A program made the position numbers and the translations under genes. Positions 35,621 through 48,817 of a stretch of DNA of 64,000 nt are shown in pieces. Source of the DNA: Marsupella aquatica. Its lineage: Eukaryota; Plantae; Marchantiophyta. The notes under the pieces were generated by a model, which saw only the letters and a program-made list of their open reading frames with translations, was not told the DNA's origin and ran no database searches. The stretch lies in the NCBI GenBank assembly GCA_973895155.1, contig OZ316893.1, positions 7,092,963-7,156,962 of the forward strand, in the 5' to 3' direction. Every line of letters begins with the position of its first letter. The stretch's first letter is position 1.

Positions 35621-38111
35621 TGTGACGCCGATGACATGGTCCTTATTCTTTAATCTGATTAACTAAGTTGCTGTGTGCAAGGAGTAGCTATTGATATTGC
35701 ATAACAATTAGGAAGATGGCAAGAATAAGGGCAATCATGGCGTTAAGAGTAGGGAAATAAAAGCTATGTCGCGGGTGGTCGGCGACCATATCTCTTTCAA
35801 TATGTCACCAAATCCAGATCTGTAAAGAGCATTGGAAAGATCTGGTCAAGGCGAGTAAAATCGATATAAAATACTCGAGAAACATAGGTGTATTAAGGAA
35901 AGATATGATCTTATTAGTGTGACGGGTTAGTGTGTAACCCGGGATAGCGGATACGGATAGAGGTTAGCAGACACGGATAGCGGATACGGATAGAGGTTAG
36001 CGGACACGGATAGCGGATATGGATAGAGGTTAGCGGACATGGATAGCGGATACGGATAGAGGTTAGCGAACACGGATAGCGGATACGGATAGAGGTTAGC
36101 GGACACGGATAGCGGATAGCGAATAGAGGTTAGCGGATACAGATACCGGATAGTGGCTAGTGGCTAGCGGATTTAGATTGGGGTTAGACTAAACCCGGGA
36201 CAACGGACACAGACAATAGATAGCGGACATTGGATGGCGGACAACGGACACAGATAGCGGCTTAGCCTGAAGCCACGGGTTAACTCTTCTAAGGTTAGAT
36301 AGGATAGCTAGCCTAGCCAAACTCAGGTTAGCTATGTAACTCGGGTTAGCGTAGCAATGAGTACCCCCTCTCGGTTGTGGGGGCATAACTTTCTATGTAT
36401 TTGGCCAAATTGGCTATAATTGACCTCGTTGGAAAGAGGAGCTCAAGCCGCTTCCAACGCTGCTATCCACACAGCAAATGGTTGAATAGAGAAATCGGGA
36501 GAGGAGGCGCAAGCTCGCAAAAACCATGGAGGAGGGCCAAATCCGAAGTACATAGCCAATTCGAGATAGAAATAAAGTTGCGAGTTAGGGTTCAGTAGTT
36601 AGAGATAGTGGCGGCTCTGTTAGGGCTGGGATGGGGCTCCAGCAGCGTAGTATCCACCCATTTGGGCTCAGTATGAGAGTATATAGAGCAGCCCCCCGGT
36701 AGAGGCAAAGGGGGGGGGGGAACTTCAGTTGTGTGATCTCACGTAGACTGAGCAACAGGGAGGAGCTCTGTGCAAGCAAGACTGGACTTGGACGCTGCGT
36801 GTTGGGGAGAGCTTGGTTGTGCTATTACTCAGGGAGTAATCAGCCAAGCTTCACAGCAACGGGTTGCTAGGTTTGCGAGCTGGATTGTGACTCTTTCTAG
36901 TGGGTAGCACAACTGGGTTCTTTTCCCCCGATACAGAGCCTTGGTGATAGGTGATGTATTGGTGATTGTAAACTATGGGGAGGATGTCAATTTGATTTGT
37001 GGTGAGCACATTAGGGAGGCTGAGACACTGATTGAGGGGCAGTAGGAGGAGCATTTACAGTTCAGTTTGGCAAGGCTACGTGATCCATGGGGAGTCCCGG
37101 CCTTTGTCTTGTGGAGAGCACTAAGGGATCTATGGCCAGAGCGGAGCTTGCAGGGCAAGCGTGAGGCCGGGCCTCATTGCAGTCTAGGATAGATCGTCGT
37201 TAGGCCTGGTACCAGCTTTGAAGTCGAGTCAACTGTGCATGCGTAACTAGACGTTCTGAATTGGAGGTGTGAGATCTGTATGTGCCCCCAAGAATGAAGT
37301 GCAATGAAGGAGGTTGAGTTCAAGATTGAGTTTGCAAGGCAAGTACGGGATTGGTTTGAGTCCAATCTGCCGTCACAATCTGGAGTGAGCCGGGCTCAGG
37401 TTCAGGATTGAGCTTGCATGACAAGCACGGGGCTTGCAGGGCAAGCACGTCGCAATCTGGAGTAGGCAGCCTTCGGGCCTATTGTTCGGATCAAGTGTTC
37501 TCAATGAACTATTGTGCACATCGTTGAATCTAATTGAGTTTTCCTCTCAGGCCTCATTTCTCTCATGGATGTGTGTGTGTGTGAGGCAATCTGAGTGTAT
37601 GATGGGACTAGCAGCGCCACTGAGAGGTGTACAGGGTGCATTGAAGCGGGCTGGGTGAGGACTGTCATAGCTCTGATTGCTGAGAGTGGAATGGCAGAGT
37701 GGTGGGGCAATGGCTTAGAAGTCCCTAAGCCGGGAATCAGTCAGGAGTCACTGGTTTATGGGTACATTCCGGCGGCGGAATAGAAACATACCTATGACAG
37801 TAAGCATACGTATAGACCTATGCGCACCGTAGCGCTAGGCCCTGTGTGTACGGGCCCGATATGAAGACCCCTTCTCACCAGAACTATCATGAGCGCAGAT
37901 CTGATCCCCAACCTTGGTTCCTTGGGATTGAGCTTGGGTGATGTCGGGGGTGATGTGTGATAGAGTCTTGCTATGATAGTCTGGTGTTAAGGGCATAAAT
38001 TGGTGTTTACCGGCCTTCACAACATCCCTTCGTGATCCTCAGGTACAAGGAGATGGTTTTGGCACCCATAGTGACGTTTTTGGTGTTAAGACCCATGTCA
38101 ATCGCGTGACA
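35621..38111. mobile_element. 2.5-kb solo-LTR-like insertion
   Basis: Termini TGTGAC...GTGACA with an imperfect ~19-bp inverted repeat. Perfect TSD tcacc (35616-35620 / 38112-38116). No coding capacity recognised. Confidence 0.8.
35942..36170. repeat. 33-bp minisatellite, about six copies
   Basis: Unit ggatagcggatacggatagaggttagcggacac, head to tail. Confidence 0.92.
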
Positions 38112-38172
38112 TCACCCCCTTGGCTCCTTGCCTTCGCTAGTGCCACGTCTCATTGCCCACTAGTCTCCCCGT

Positions 38173-38374
38173 CCCTGGGCCCTCACTCCGTGTAAAAGAA
38201 GTGGACCCCCTGTGATCGGGCACTTTTCCTGTTTACCCCTTGTTATTTCTATTTTGCTATTAAAAGTTTCCTTATTACCGGTAATAATTATAATTATTAG
38301 TTCAAAATGAATAAAAATTACCCTTCAAGCTTTCACACGTCCTCCATGTATTAGTTAAGACTGAGGGCCCAGGG
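38173..38374. mobile_element. hAT-like MITE
   Basis: Perfect 13-bp TIR ccctgggccctca / tgagggcccaggg. 8-bp TSD ctccccgt / ctccccat. Confidence 0.85.
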
Positions 38375-38779
38375 CTCCCCATGCTAAGTCCTCCCCGGAT
38401 GGCCTATCCGGGCCTGGACCATAAGGGAGCTCGGCGTCGGAGTTAAGGTAGTCAAGTTCCGTGACTTGATGCCATGGGCAACGGACACTTGGGGCGCGAG
38501 TTATGACCCGATCCGGGTTTGGCCGATCGGGGGCCTTGAGTGGCGATGAGATCTGAGGGCCTAGGCATGAGCACTGGGCCGGCCTGATCACAACGGGCTA
38601 AGGCACTTTGCTTGCGGACGCATAACTAGGAAGTTATGGGCATTGTCAGTTGGTGGCGCGCCTAGACATGCGAGATAGGGTCCGGGTTAGGGACCAAAAG
38701 TTTGGGGACCAAAGTTGGTCCGGGGGTGGCAGGTCTCCAAAAGCATATATGAGGGGAGTTGTGTCTCCTTGGGGGCTAA

Positions 38780-39101
38780 AAGCCAGGTTCCATGGGCCAG
38801 GGGTAGGGAGTACGGTCACTCCCTCTGACATCCCCTAGGGCCCAAATACACCGTATGCCAAGGTGTATACAATATTTTAAATATATGAATTTTGACTCAG
38901 GAGCCAATGAGAATGCCTTGTATCGTTCGTATACAGGGGCAGGGGGTACCCCTGAAGTTTAAGAGGGAGTGTGAGGGAAAATCATACTCCTTGATATAGT
39001 ATTTGTACACCCTTCAGTCCCTGGAAAAGCTGCAATCTTATTGGCTTAAAAATTCTGACAGCATCCGTACTCCTTACTCCCAGCCCCATGGAACCTAGCC
39101 C
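38780..39101. mobile_element. Tourist (PIF/Harbinger-type) MITE
   Basis: ~35-bp imperfect TIRs (..aggttccatggg..ggagtacgg / ccgtactcc..cccatggaacct..). TAA TSD (38777-38779 / 39102-39104). Absent from the sister repeat copies. Confidence 0.85.
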
Positions 39102-40413
39102 TAAGGGCGAGCCAAAGTCGTGAGCCGCAGCGGTCACGACACTAGGGGAAAATGCCAAACGGAAACAGCAATAACTTCCCAGTGAGAAGTCCATTGGGGA
39201 ACTTCTTGGGTGTGCTGGAAAGCTCTCAAGGAGGGTTATATCCTCCTGAGCTCAGCTAGGTCTGGGGGCGCCATAGGTTCTTGAGGTTTGCGGGTGTCAT
39301 CTCGCCCGCTTGCCAAATCCTACCGAAACAACAGCCGAGCCGCGTTTAGTCTCTCAAGGGAGCTTGCATGGGGGAGGCAAGGCCAAGTAGGCGTGGAGGT
39401 TGAGTTCCAAGGGCACTTGGCCCCTAGACCATCAGTGGGCGGGAACCAAGAGTTAGTTGCTAAAGTCAAGGTCGTTCTGGTCCCGACGTGTTGGGACAAG
39501 CTATGTTATTTGGGCCATGAGCATGTCTTGAGGGCAGGGCGGTCAGTTGGTGATGGATAGGTACAAGGGGGAACCCGGGTTGTGCCCAAGGAAGGAGCTG
39601 TTTTGGACAAATAGTGGGCTTCGGTTCTGATTCCGGCTTATGGCATCGGGAGGACCTACCGCTGACCTACTTACCAATGTTTGTTGAACTTGAGTTAGGA
39701 TGCTAGACTAGGGAGATCTAGATCCTGAAGGGTTACTTAATGGGACGCTTGGTTGGTTGTGCAGACAGTGAGGACCATTGAGTAGCTGTCATGTTGGAGA
39801 GCAAGTGCGGCTTCATATGGGAGGGGCCGCAGGTGGTGCAAGGGGCACTAGGTTGCTTGCTTGAGGTATTCTGTGGAGGCGTTCGGGCACCAGGGGCACT
39901 TAGGCGTGGGTGTTGGGATTGGTGAGGGGGTTGGGTGGCAAGGTCCACCACTGTAAGCAATGTTGAGTGGAAATGTTGTCAACAAAGATGTTCCATAAGA
40001 ATGAGCGGTTGTCAATAGTAAATGATGTTGAGTGAAAATGTAGTCAACAAAGATGTTCCAAAAATGCGAGGTTGTTTGCAAGATTGGGACAAGCACTCTC
40101 AAGTTCAAGCTTTACCCATGGAAACCTCATCAAAGTCATCAAATGAAATGTCCCTTCAAATCTACAACTATAATAAGTGATCACGTCTTTTTTCGTCATT
40201 CTCCCAATACAAAAAATCTCTTTGAGAGACATAGTGGAGCACATTTGAATGAGGGTTAGCCTTTTCCATTACTTGGGGCCCATTGTGTACATTTGGGGAG
40301 TGCTATTATTACCAGCACCTGCATCTACATGCTATACTCAACAAATGCAAAAAACTGGGTGACAGTTTCTCGAGAGATATATATGCTTAGTAGACCCCCT
40401 TCTTGAAAAAGAT

Positions 40414-43400
40414 TGTGACGGGGTCCCCGTCACTGAAAATCCTCGATAATTGTTTAACTGGGCTGTGCCGTGTAAATAACCATTGTAAATACAGAGTTTT
40501 TTTTATTTTTGAAGTTACTTTCATCATTATAATTTGGTAATGCCCGGGGCGCTTAACTTATTCTTTTTCTCGCTCACAATAGTCCTGAGGTTTACGACGA
40601 CCTAAGCTAGCAATTGTAGAATTTACCGTTTAACTTGGGCTATTTTTGAGACCTTGCTAAGTTTTATGGTTTAGGGGGGCTTTTAAACAAAAATAATAAT
40701 AAATAAAGGGGGAAACCCTTGTAAATAAGGAGGAGAGGCGAAAGAGCTGCCGGGGCAAGGAAGGCACCCCCTACAGGCATGAGGGGGAATTAAATTCCCC
40801 CGACCTTGGGTGGCGTTGCCGGGGCAAGCAAGGCGCAAGGCGCGACTGGGCGTGACCAGGGAGGAAAATAAAAGGGCAGGGGGGATTAAAACCCCCGTGA
40901 GGGAGGCGAGCCAGACCGGGCCCCGCGAGCCATGAGTTAGATGGCACCCGGGAGACCCAGCCCCCTTGCATAGGGAGGCGTGCTAGGCAGGGCAAGGCGC
41001 GAGCACCGTGGCAAGGCGAAAGGGGCTGCCGGGCGCTTAGAGATTTAGGGAGAAATGGGGGGGTTAAATCCCCCAATAAAGGCCCCGCGAGTACTAAGAC
41101 AGGTGGCGCTCGCGGTAGCAGGCCTTGCATAGGGAGAGGCGCCGCGACGTAGCAGCAGCGAGGCACTATCGGGGCCAAGGAGCGCGCAGGAGTAGGCGTA
41201 CAAGGGGAGGGATTAAAGGGGGTTAAATACCCCATTGGCGCCGCCGCGCGGTGGGAGGCGCATGGACATGAGGCGCATGGACGTGAGGACTGGAGTTAAA
41301 AGGGGAGAACTTGGTTCCCCTTTGTTCTGTTTTGTTTTTTTCCTTTGGTTTTTTCCTCTCCTTTCTCCGCCGCGAGCAATTTCCCTCATTGCCGAAAGCA
41401 ATTTCCCTCATTGCCAAAAGCTCTCTCTAGCTCTTGCAATTATTTTTGAAGCTCTCTCATGGTTGATTATTGGAGATTGGTGGCTCACTTTTTCCAGGCA
41501 TTAGCAGCGGCGGCATTGAGTGGCTTCTGGGGAAATTGAGGGTGGTTTTTGATCGGGATACGGGGGACTGTTCGGGCCAGGATTTGAATATGGTGACGGG
41601 ATTTTGTGATTGCGTATCTTTCTGGAGCATGGATGCTTGACCAGCCCAAGTTCAGTGCGGCTCGCATTCGTAGATACAAGGCCGCTTACCGTCAGTACAT
41701 TGCGATATTGATTGAGAGGGAAAGATAAGAAAGAAGGGCAGCAATGAGCACCGGGCCAGCAGCAAGCCCCGCACCGGTTACGAGGAAGGTATTTTGTCAA
41801 ATTTATCCCAAGACCTCCGCCAAGGTGATGGAGGATTGTAGGAATATTTTTCAAGCCACCGGGCTCACGGAGTTCATGAAGGTGGAGATTACAATCCCTT
41901 TGGGGAAGAGTTGGAACATTGAGGCCGGGATGGAGTTACGTACGGAAGAAATCTACTTTGAATGTCTCCAACGGGTAGTGCCCCATGTGGAGTTAGCTAA
42001 GCTTCTGTTTCTAGAGAACCAACAATTCTCATTCACACCTCGAAACATAAGGGGAGAGCTCACATTGACAATGGTGGCCGGTTGGGTGATTAATCCCACC
42101 TCCACTACTTCCATTCCTCTTTCCGCCATCAAGGATGCTGAGCACAAGGGATTTCTGGCCAAGGTTCATCAACGGGTTCTTGGTAACGTGCAATCCGGGG
42201 TGGTGAATGGAGAGCATTTCGTGGTAGCTATGGACATCAAGAACTATCCAGCCCATGTGTACGGATGGTGGTACTACGGGTTGAAGAAGTTATTGGACGC
42301 CGATCCCGGGAGTGTGAAACCAGGTGGGGCTGTACATTTGACGGGGTCAGTTTTGTTGGCCAAAGCAGAAGGGTGGATTGTTTCCCCGGGACAGGAAGAC
42401 TCTGGATCATCCCTTACCACGGAAATCAGGAGTATTGCCACTACCATCTTGGGGAAACTAACGGAGGGATCATCGTCGGCGGTTGGGGATGATAATAGAG
42501 AGGAAGAAAACCAGGATGAGGACTCCACATTGGAGTGGCTTGAATCACTTGTGGGAGATCCAGAGGAGCCCTTGGTCTACAACATTCCTGATGTCTACCT
42601 GGCGGAGTTACAGGATTTCCGTGAGGGAGTCCATGAGGGACTCAAGCTAGTCCACGCATTGAGAGATTCTCTCAAGCAGGCCACCGCCAGAGTAGAGACT
42701 TTGGAGCAGAGTGCCCTATCTATGAAGGAGGTGATCAAGGCCAAGGAGGAGGCCATTCATGAGAAGGTTAAGCTTCTCCAAGCAGCTCACGTAGAGATCT
42801 TCAACTTGAAAGGAGCCTTGTCCACCAAGGCCAAGGAAGCGGAAGAGGTTGGAGTATTGAAACAAGCATTGGCCAAAGAGAAGCAGAATTTTGGAGAAGT
42901 GGTGGAGTTAAGAGCCCAGGTGGGAGCACTACGGAGTCAAATGGTGATCTTTGAGACAAGGGCTAAGAGGAGTGAGGCCTTGAGTCTGGGGAAACGGAAG
43001 AGCCCCTGCACACCTAGCTCCACTTTCCCCGGATTTGATCTCCAGGGCCATTGAGATGGTGGTGAAGGAAGTCAGTGGGAAGTATGGACCCCTGTTGGAT
43101 GCAGCCAAGAAGAGTCAAGAGAAGAGCAAGAGCTTAGAGAAGAAGCTCAGGGAGGTACGTAAATTGTTACGAGAGGCTCAGGTCAACACGGGGACCCCGG
43201 GGATGCCACCCCGATCTGTCACCCCTGGGACTCCCATGGCCACCGGGCAGGTTTTACCATTGGAGTTGCGGTCCGGTGAAGAGGCGGCCTTATGGAAGGA
43301 CACCATTGGTGAGGGGTACATCAAGGCGTGGCAGGCCTTGGCCAATTTGAGGAAGCAGGGGAGCACTAGCACAAGAAGTACCCCAGTGAAGAAGAAGAGG

Positions 43401-44600
43401 AGTGAAGTGGCACTCACTCCAGTGGAGAGTGATGAGGAGGCCCACTCACGGGGCTCAAGCCAGGGCACCGTGAGTGAAGAGGAGGAGGATTAGAGTGTTC
43501 GTACGGATGTGGTTATACGGCCCCTTGACTTTCCAAATTTTTTGTGAGGGGTCACTCACGGGCTTTTTGGAAAGAGCTCGCGGAGCTGATTCCAACAAGA
43601 GGCAGCGCTCCTCAAACGGAGCAAGGATGAGCAAGTTAGGGCCCGACGAAGTTGGGTTTACGGGATACTGAAACGGCCATAACTTGGTCGTCCATTGTCC
43701 GTTTCAAGAGAGGTTGAGTAATTCATGATCAGGAGGAGGAGGGCTATCCAAGGATGAACTCAGAAGTTCAAGTGGAAGGGCACCTAGTTTCGGCCATTGT
43801 GGGGTTCCTTGCAATTTCACGGTTCACGGAGTAATGTTGGGGCGTCGTCGAAGGCACCGTCGGCCCCATTGTTAGTTTAGGGTTTAGGGTTTTAGAAGCT
43901 TGTGTGTGCCGCATGCTTTTAGTTTAGGGGTTTCTTAGTGAAGGGTTTAGCGGCGCCGCTAGGGTAAGCCGCCATCGTTGTGGCCCCGTGAGGGGTGCTT
44001 TGGTGTGTTTTTTGGTATTTAAGGGGAGAGCCCCGGAGTAGTTAGGGGGGGAACTCAGTCTAGTGTTGGTGTTAGGGAAGTTAGCTCATAGCCAGAAGGG
44101 AAATTAAAGCTAGAGTAGTGAGGTAGAGGTGTAGCGCTTGCCCTAGTGAGGCAGGAGTTGGGCAGACGACAGGAGGCCAGGTTGTCCTTGCAATGTGTTA
44201 CCACTTTTTTCCAAAAGATATGGATTTGGTTTCATTGATTCCTCAAGTTTTGGTGTGGCGTCATCGTTTTTGGCTCACGATTGTGTTCTTTCCCAAGAAG
44301 TGTCTAAGGAATACTTGCACGGGTTGGTCGACCGTGTGAGTAGGTGGGGTGGTGACAGCACTCCACCAGCGACCAGTAGGAGTGTGTGTGGCGTAGTCCA
44401 TGGGACTTGATCAAAAGCAGAGGGACTAGTCAGTAGACTTGATCAAAAATTACATTTCCGGGAGCGGAAATAAACATACTCATCCTACATGCAATAGAAT
44501 CCTAATAGCGTCCCTCCATGTTCCTGTCATACGATAACAAACGATTTTAGTAGGAGTAAATACGTACTTGTTGTGTAAATCGTGTGATAAGTAGGTGACA
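40414..44600 (+). mobile_element. 4.2-kb TG...CA solo-LTR-like insertion carrying an ORF
   Basis: Termini tgtgac...gtgaca. Perfect TSD aagat (40409-40413 / 44601-44605). The empty site is seen in the MITE copy at ~56850-56900. Confidence 0.85.
41744..43493 (+). CDS. Unknown TE-borne protein (436 aa plus an overlapping 152-aa frame; acidic segment and coiled coil)
   Basis: Long ATG-initiated ORF with protein-like composition and an E/K/A/L-rich heptad region. The second ORF overlaps in the +1 frame, probably one frameshifted gene. No gag/pol motif recognised. Confidence 0.65.
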
Positions 44601-46862
44601 AAGATTGCTTAATCAACCCCCTCCATGCTTTTCTCCAATCTGGACCGTTGATAGACCTCAGGGGGTTGATCAAGTAACAAGTTTCATTTTGGGGGTCAAT
44701 CAAGCAAATACCTCGTGACTTCTCTCAAGCTTAGATTTCAATCAGTATTCAATAGTGCCAATCAATGTGAGATGCAGTAGACATCAGTAGACACAGACAT
44801 GTATTTAGTTGCTGTAAGCATGGATTTAATAGAATCCACTGATGTTTTCCCTGTATCTGAATCATGAGATCAATTTCTAAATGCTCATGCTAAATTACTG
44901 AGTGAAGATAATCAAGATGAGTCCACTGAGAAACCGACTAAATTCCCTGCCATCAAGTGATTTGGCTTGGTACCAAACCCGAGGCCAAACCAAGGGACGC
45001 TGGCTACCCTAGTAGGGCGTCTCAAATATGAGGCGTCTCGGACTTTTTGTTGGACCGGGGGTCAGCGGTCAGGGACGAGGGCCAAAGGTGGTCGGTCGCC
45101 CATTTTTGTGACCTCTATTTTGTGTCCGGACGAGTTGCCGTGACCGCAAACTTCCAGCCAAGGTTTATGGTTAAGTTAACTTAACCAGCCAGTGACTGCC
45201 CGTCTGCCAAACGGGCTGTTTGAAAGTGCAAGGTTCGACTGTGAGAAACATCGGTTTCAATCCAATAAGCACCTTCGACACTACACCAACAAAAGGTCAG
45301 GGCTGTGTGCGAGTTGCTCAGCTGCTACCTCACGCCATCTTTTTGGTGGTACCTCAATTTGAAGTTGCATCTAAAGCTGGATGGACAGGAGTGTGCGTGA
45401 TGAGTTGTGCTCCCTCACTTACTGGAGTGGAGACCGATTGATTGATTTTATTTTGCTCGACTCCTCTCGCTCCTTGCTGTTGGTACGACTCGCTCTGTCA
45501 CTCTCTTTGCTCCTCTGCTCCTCTGCCTTGTGCCTAGGTTCTATCGTTCAGCTGGAGCATAAGGGACTGGAGGCAGCGGATGACGACTTCATATAGCAGC
45601 CCAGGAGCCCCTGAGTCTTGGTGAATTTGACCTAGACTCGTTGGGAGACTCGTTACTCTATAGTGTAGTCTCTCTAGCTATTGAAAATTTGTGTTCACAC
45701 CTGTGTAGGAAATTGCTACCATGCTGTAGCTTTGAATGAATCATGTGGAGCAGAGAATTGAAATGATGTGTTGCAATTCGTTTTTGCCTGAGGCCATATG
45801 AGTTGCTCGAGGAGTATTGCAGTAATTGAGTGCAATTAGGTAAGTAAATGATGAATGTGTAATATGCACTGTAACTCTACATGTGTAACTAAGAAATTGA
45901 GTTTTCTTCACAACAGGGGAAAAGAATTAGCCAACGGGAGAACGGGCTTGAAATTGAAGCAGCTCCTAGTACTGTTAGGCTCTAGCCACCATGCCAAGCC
46001 AGCTGCATTTGCAAGAAAATTTCAGCTCAAAGTCGATATCAAACATTGAAAAGGAGGTGGTGTGCTTCACCATTGCAATGCCACACATGACGGCGATGAT
46101 TTTCTGGCTACCAATTGTTCCCAGATAGAACCTTCGGCCTACAAAACAAATTCAAAACAAAAAGCTTGTTTAGATTAATACATGCAAAACGGGCATTCAG
46201 TGGACGTTGCTAAGGAAGTTTGATCCTCCAAGGTAATGTTCTCAGTACTTTATCCACTGTATTGATTGCAAGCATTTCATAGATTTTGAATATTTATTTA
46301 ATGAATTAACTACGACCGAGCTGAGGAACTTGCAATTAAACTGTCGGTTTATAAAATTCTGTACTAATTTAGCCTGGACATGGTAACTTGATGCATTCTC
46401 TCATTTGCCCCCTAAAGCAATGAATTACGAGTGTAACTTGTTGACTCCTTGGTGACTAAGACGATTTTTTATTCCTAATGTTTTTGGCATAGTTGTCTGT
46501 ATGGCTGAGTGAACTTTCTTTTCAGACGTAGAGAATAATAGGGTTGATGACAAAAGCCATCAATTTCCACAAGCGCTTGTCTGAGCAGGAAATTCAGTGT
46601 TCATGTAAAAAATCCGTATCCCTCGAAAATCATATGTGCAGTCCAGCCGACTCTGGCCTTCCATGCAATTAAATCTCCTTGTGGCATTTCCTGTTTGGAG
46701 AGCCTATGTTTTGGTTCCAGCTGAAGCAGGTTTATGTTGTTAGTGGAGATAGCAAACCGTTGAAAGCTCTGTCAGATTTTGGTGTCAAATGTACTTTGTT
46801 TTGTCAAGTTCTTAGTGACAGTCCTGCTTGTTCTATTTTTCAGATTTGTCATTTCATTCAAG

Positions 46863-48384
46863 ATGCCTCAAATTTCAGACCGCCAAAAACAATTGAGAGT
46901 GGTCAAGCAAAACCTTGAATTCTGTATTGCTCTTCAAAGCTCATCTAGTGACTCTGATGTGGACTCCATCAACACTGTTGGATCACTTGAGTCAATTGAA
47001 ATCACCAATTTTGACACAGATACAGAGGATGACACCACATTTCACCTGGATTCCTCATCAGACTCGGACAGAGGAGAAGAGCAAGGGGAGTTTGATGCTA
47101 ACCCAACTGACCTGTTTGAGTTATATTTCGTCCTGTACAATACCCAGTATTTTGTGCCTCGTCATGTTACAACCAAGTCGAATGAATTTGCAACACAATT
47201 TTTCCATAATTTGCCTGACAGATTGTTTCGTCAACTCACAAGGATGAGTAAGACCTCTTTTTTTCATTTGCTAGACTTGATTGTGCCTCACCCAATCTTT
47301 CAAAACAATTCAAATTATGATCAGACACCTATTGTTCGTCAACTGGCTGTTTGTCTAGACCGCCTGGGGCATCAAGGGAATGGAGCATGCTTGAACCACA
47401 TGATTCCTACTTGGGGTGTTAGCAATGGGAGTTTGATTAATTTTTCTAGCCGATGTTTTAAGGCACTGGAAAGTGTGCTTGCAGACCAGATTTCATGGCC
47501 TACCAGATCTGAAAGGTACTTGCTTAATGAGGAATTTGCAAAGCATGGATTTCCTGGTTGTGTTGGTCTCATAGACGGATCTCTCCTTCCATTATCACAA
47601 TGGCCAAAGGCACATGGAGAGTGCTACTATGATTGCAAGTGCAACTACTCTGTGAATGTCCAGGTGGTCTGTGATCACCGTCGAAAGATTATTTTTATGT
47701 TCACAGGTAATTCCTCCTCTCCCTTCATTGCAATATTGTGCAGATTTGAATTCGAAGCCATTTGCTTGGATTTGTCTCATCTAAATTATGTATCATTTCT
47801 TCTGCCAAATTGCAGGGATGCCCGGATCATGCTCAGACCTCACTTGCGTGAGGCGGTCCCCTCTATGGCAATATTGCACTGATGTTCAAAGTAACATGCT
47901 TTTTGATGATGAACAACATATTATCGGTGATTCCGGATACCAGGCATTGCCACATCTTGTTTGTGCTTTTAAGAGGGCGGACATTGTACTTGATAAAGAA
48001 GATTTCAACACATGTGTCGCCAAGTGTTGTGTTACAAACGAGCATTGCATTGGCGTTCTAAAGTCACGATGGCATTCACTGAAGGAGATCAGAGTTCAAT
48101 TGAATAAAAAGAAAGACAGTGTGTGGATGTTTAGGTGGGTAATGCTATGCGGTAAATTACACAATTATGTCATGAGTCAAAATGACGAGTGGACACTAGA
48201 TGATGAGGAAATAGAATTACCAGAGGTCCTGCCCAATGAGGAGGTAGGGGCTACTGAATGCACTGGGCGAGTTTCAACGCGAGGGATTATAGCAGCGGGC
48301 AATGCTTTGTTAGTAAGAGTGATGGACGAGGCTTTGGCATTCAACAGACAACATGGAAGGTTTTTGTGGTCTCCTAGGGAGTAG
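46863..48384 (+). CDS. PIF/Harbinger DDE transposase (HARBI1-like), 2 exons
   Basis: Exons 46863-47706 and 47816-48384 (GT-AG, frame preserved). Motifs GFPGCVGLIDGS, NVQVVCD, PGSCSD, IGDSGY, EHCIGVLKSRW, LHN. Confidence 0.9.
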
Positions 48385-48817
48385 TACATCACATTCGGTA
48401 GTACTTGCCCCTATCATTTTGCAGTAGGATTTCAGACTTGGTCAGTACAAATGAGGTAGAGTTACTCCTTGGATTGGAAACTAGTATTTTCTGATTTACC
48501 TGGAAGGCTTGTACCTGGATTTTCGCCAATGAATACGACCACGTTTTGGAATGAGAATCAGCACTGCATTTGCTCACAATTTTTGCACTCCATCATTATG
48601 CTTTTTTCATCCTTCTTCAAATGTGTAGGCTTGCAATTGCAAGCACTTTGCAAAAACGTAACACTGGCACAAGTCAATCTGAAATGTGCTGATAGTACCA
48701 GAGTGGATAATATTACCTCCATTCAACTGTTTCATAAAACAAATGCTCACATGTCTCACAATATTCTGACTTAGTCTAAGTCAACTGTCTCACAATTGCT
48801 TTCTGTCCTAAAATGTC

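Larger units (their letters stand above)
12810..38466 (-). mobile_element. Inner inverted copy of the same AGT...ACT element
   Basis: On the minus strand it starts agtcacggaacttgactacc (38466) and ends ggtccaccact (12810). TSD tgacg/tgatg (12805-12809 / 38467-38471). Interrupted by Copia A, a solo-LTR-like insert and a MITE. Confidence 0.78.
12498..39952 (+). mobile_element. Outer non-coding AGT...ACT element (solo-LTR-like, ~1.5 kb of its own sequence), host of the whole nest
   Basis: Starts agtcgcggaactcgactacc and ends ggtccaccact. Flanked by gtaa (12494-12497 / 39953-39956). Own sequence is 12498-12809 plus 38472-39952, minus the Tourist MITE. Confidence 0.75.
40372..44714. mobile_element. 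Mutator-like MITE split by the 4.2-kb insertion
   Basis: 40372-40413 plus 44606-44714 match the reverse complement of the intact copy at 56726-56905. Confidence 0.78.

Noticed and set aside
35942-36170. CRISPR-like array
   Set aside because: Head-to-tail units without unique spacers, eukaryotic context and no cas genes.
35933-38068. Further nested TG...CA element with a tagtg duplication
   Set aside because: No independent empty site or terminal inverted repeat; could be chance.
47707-47882. C-terminal tail of ORF 46779-47882
   Set aside because: Read-through into the intron. The spliced frame gives the conserved transposase.
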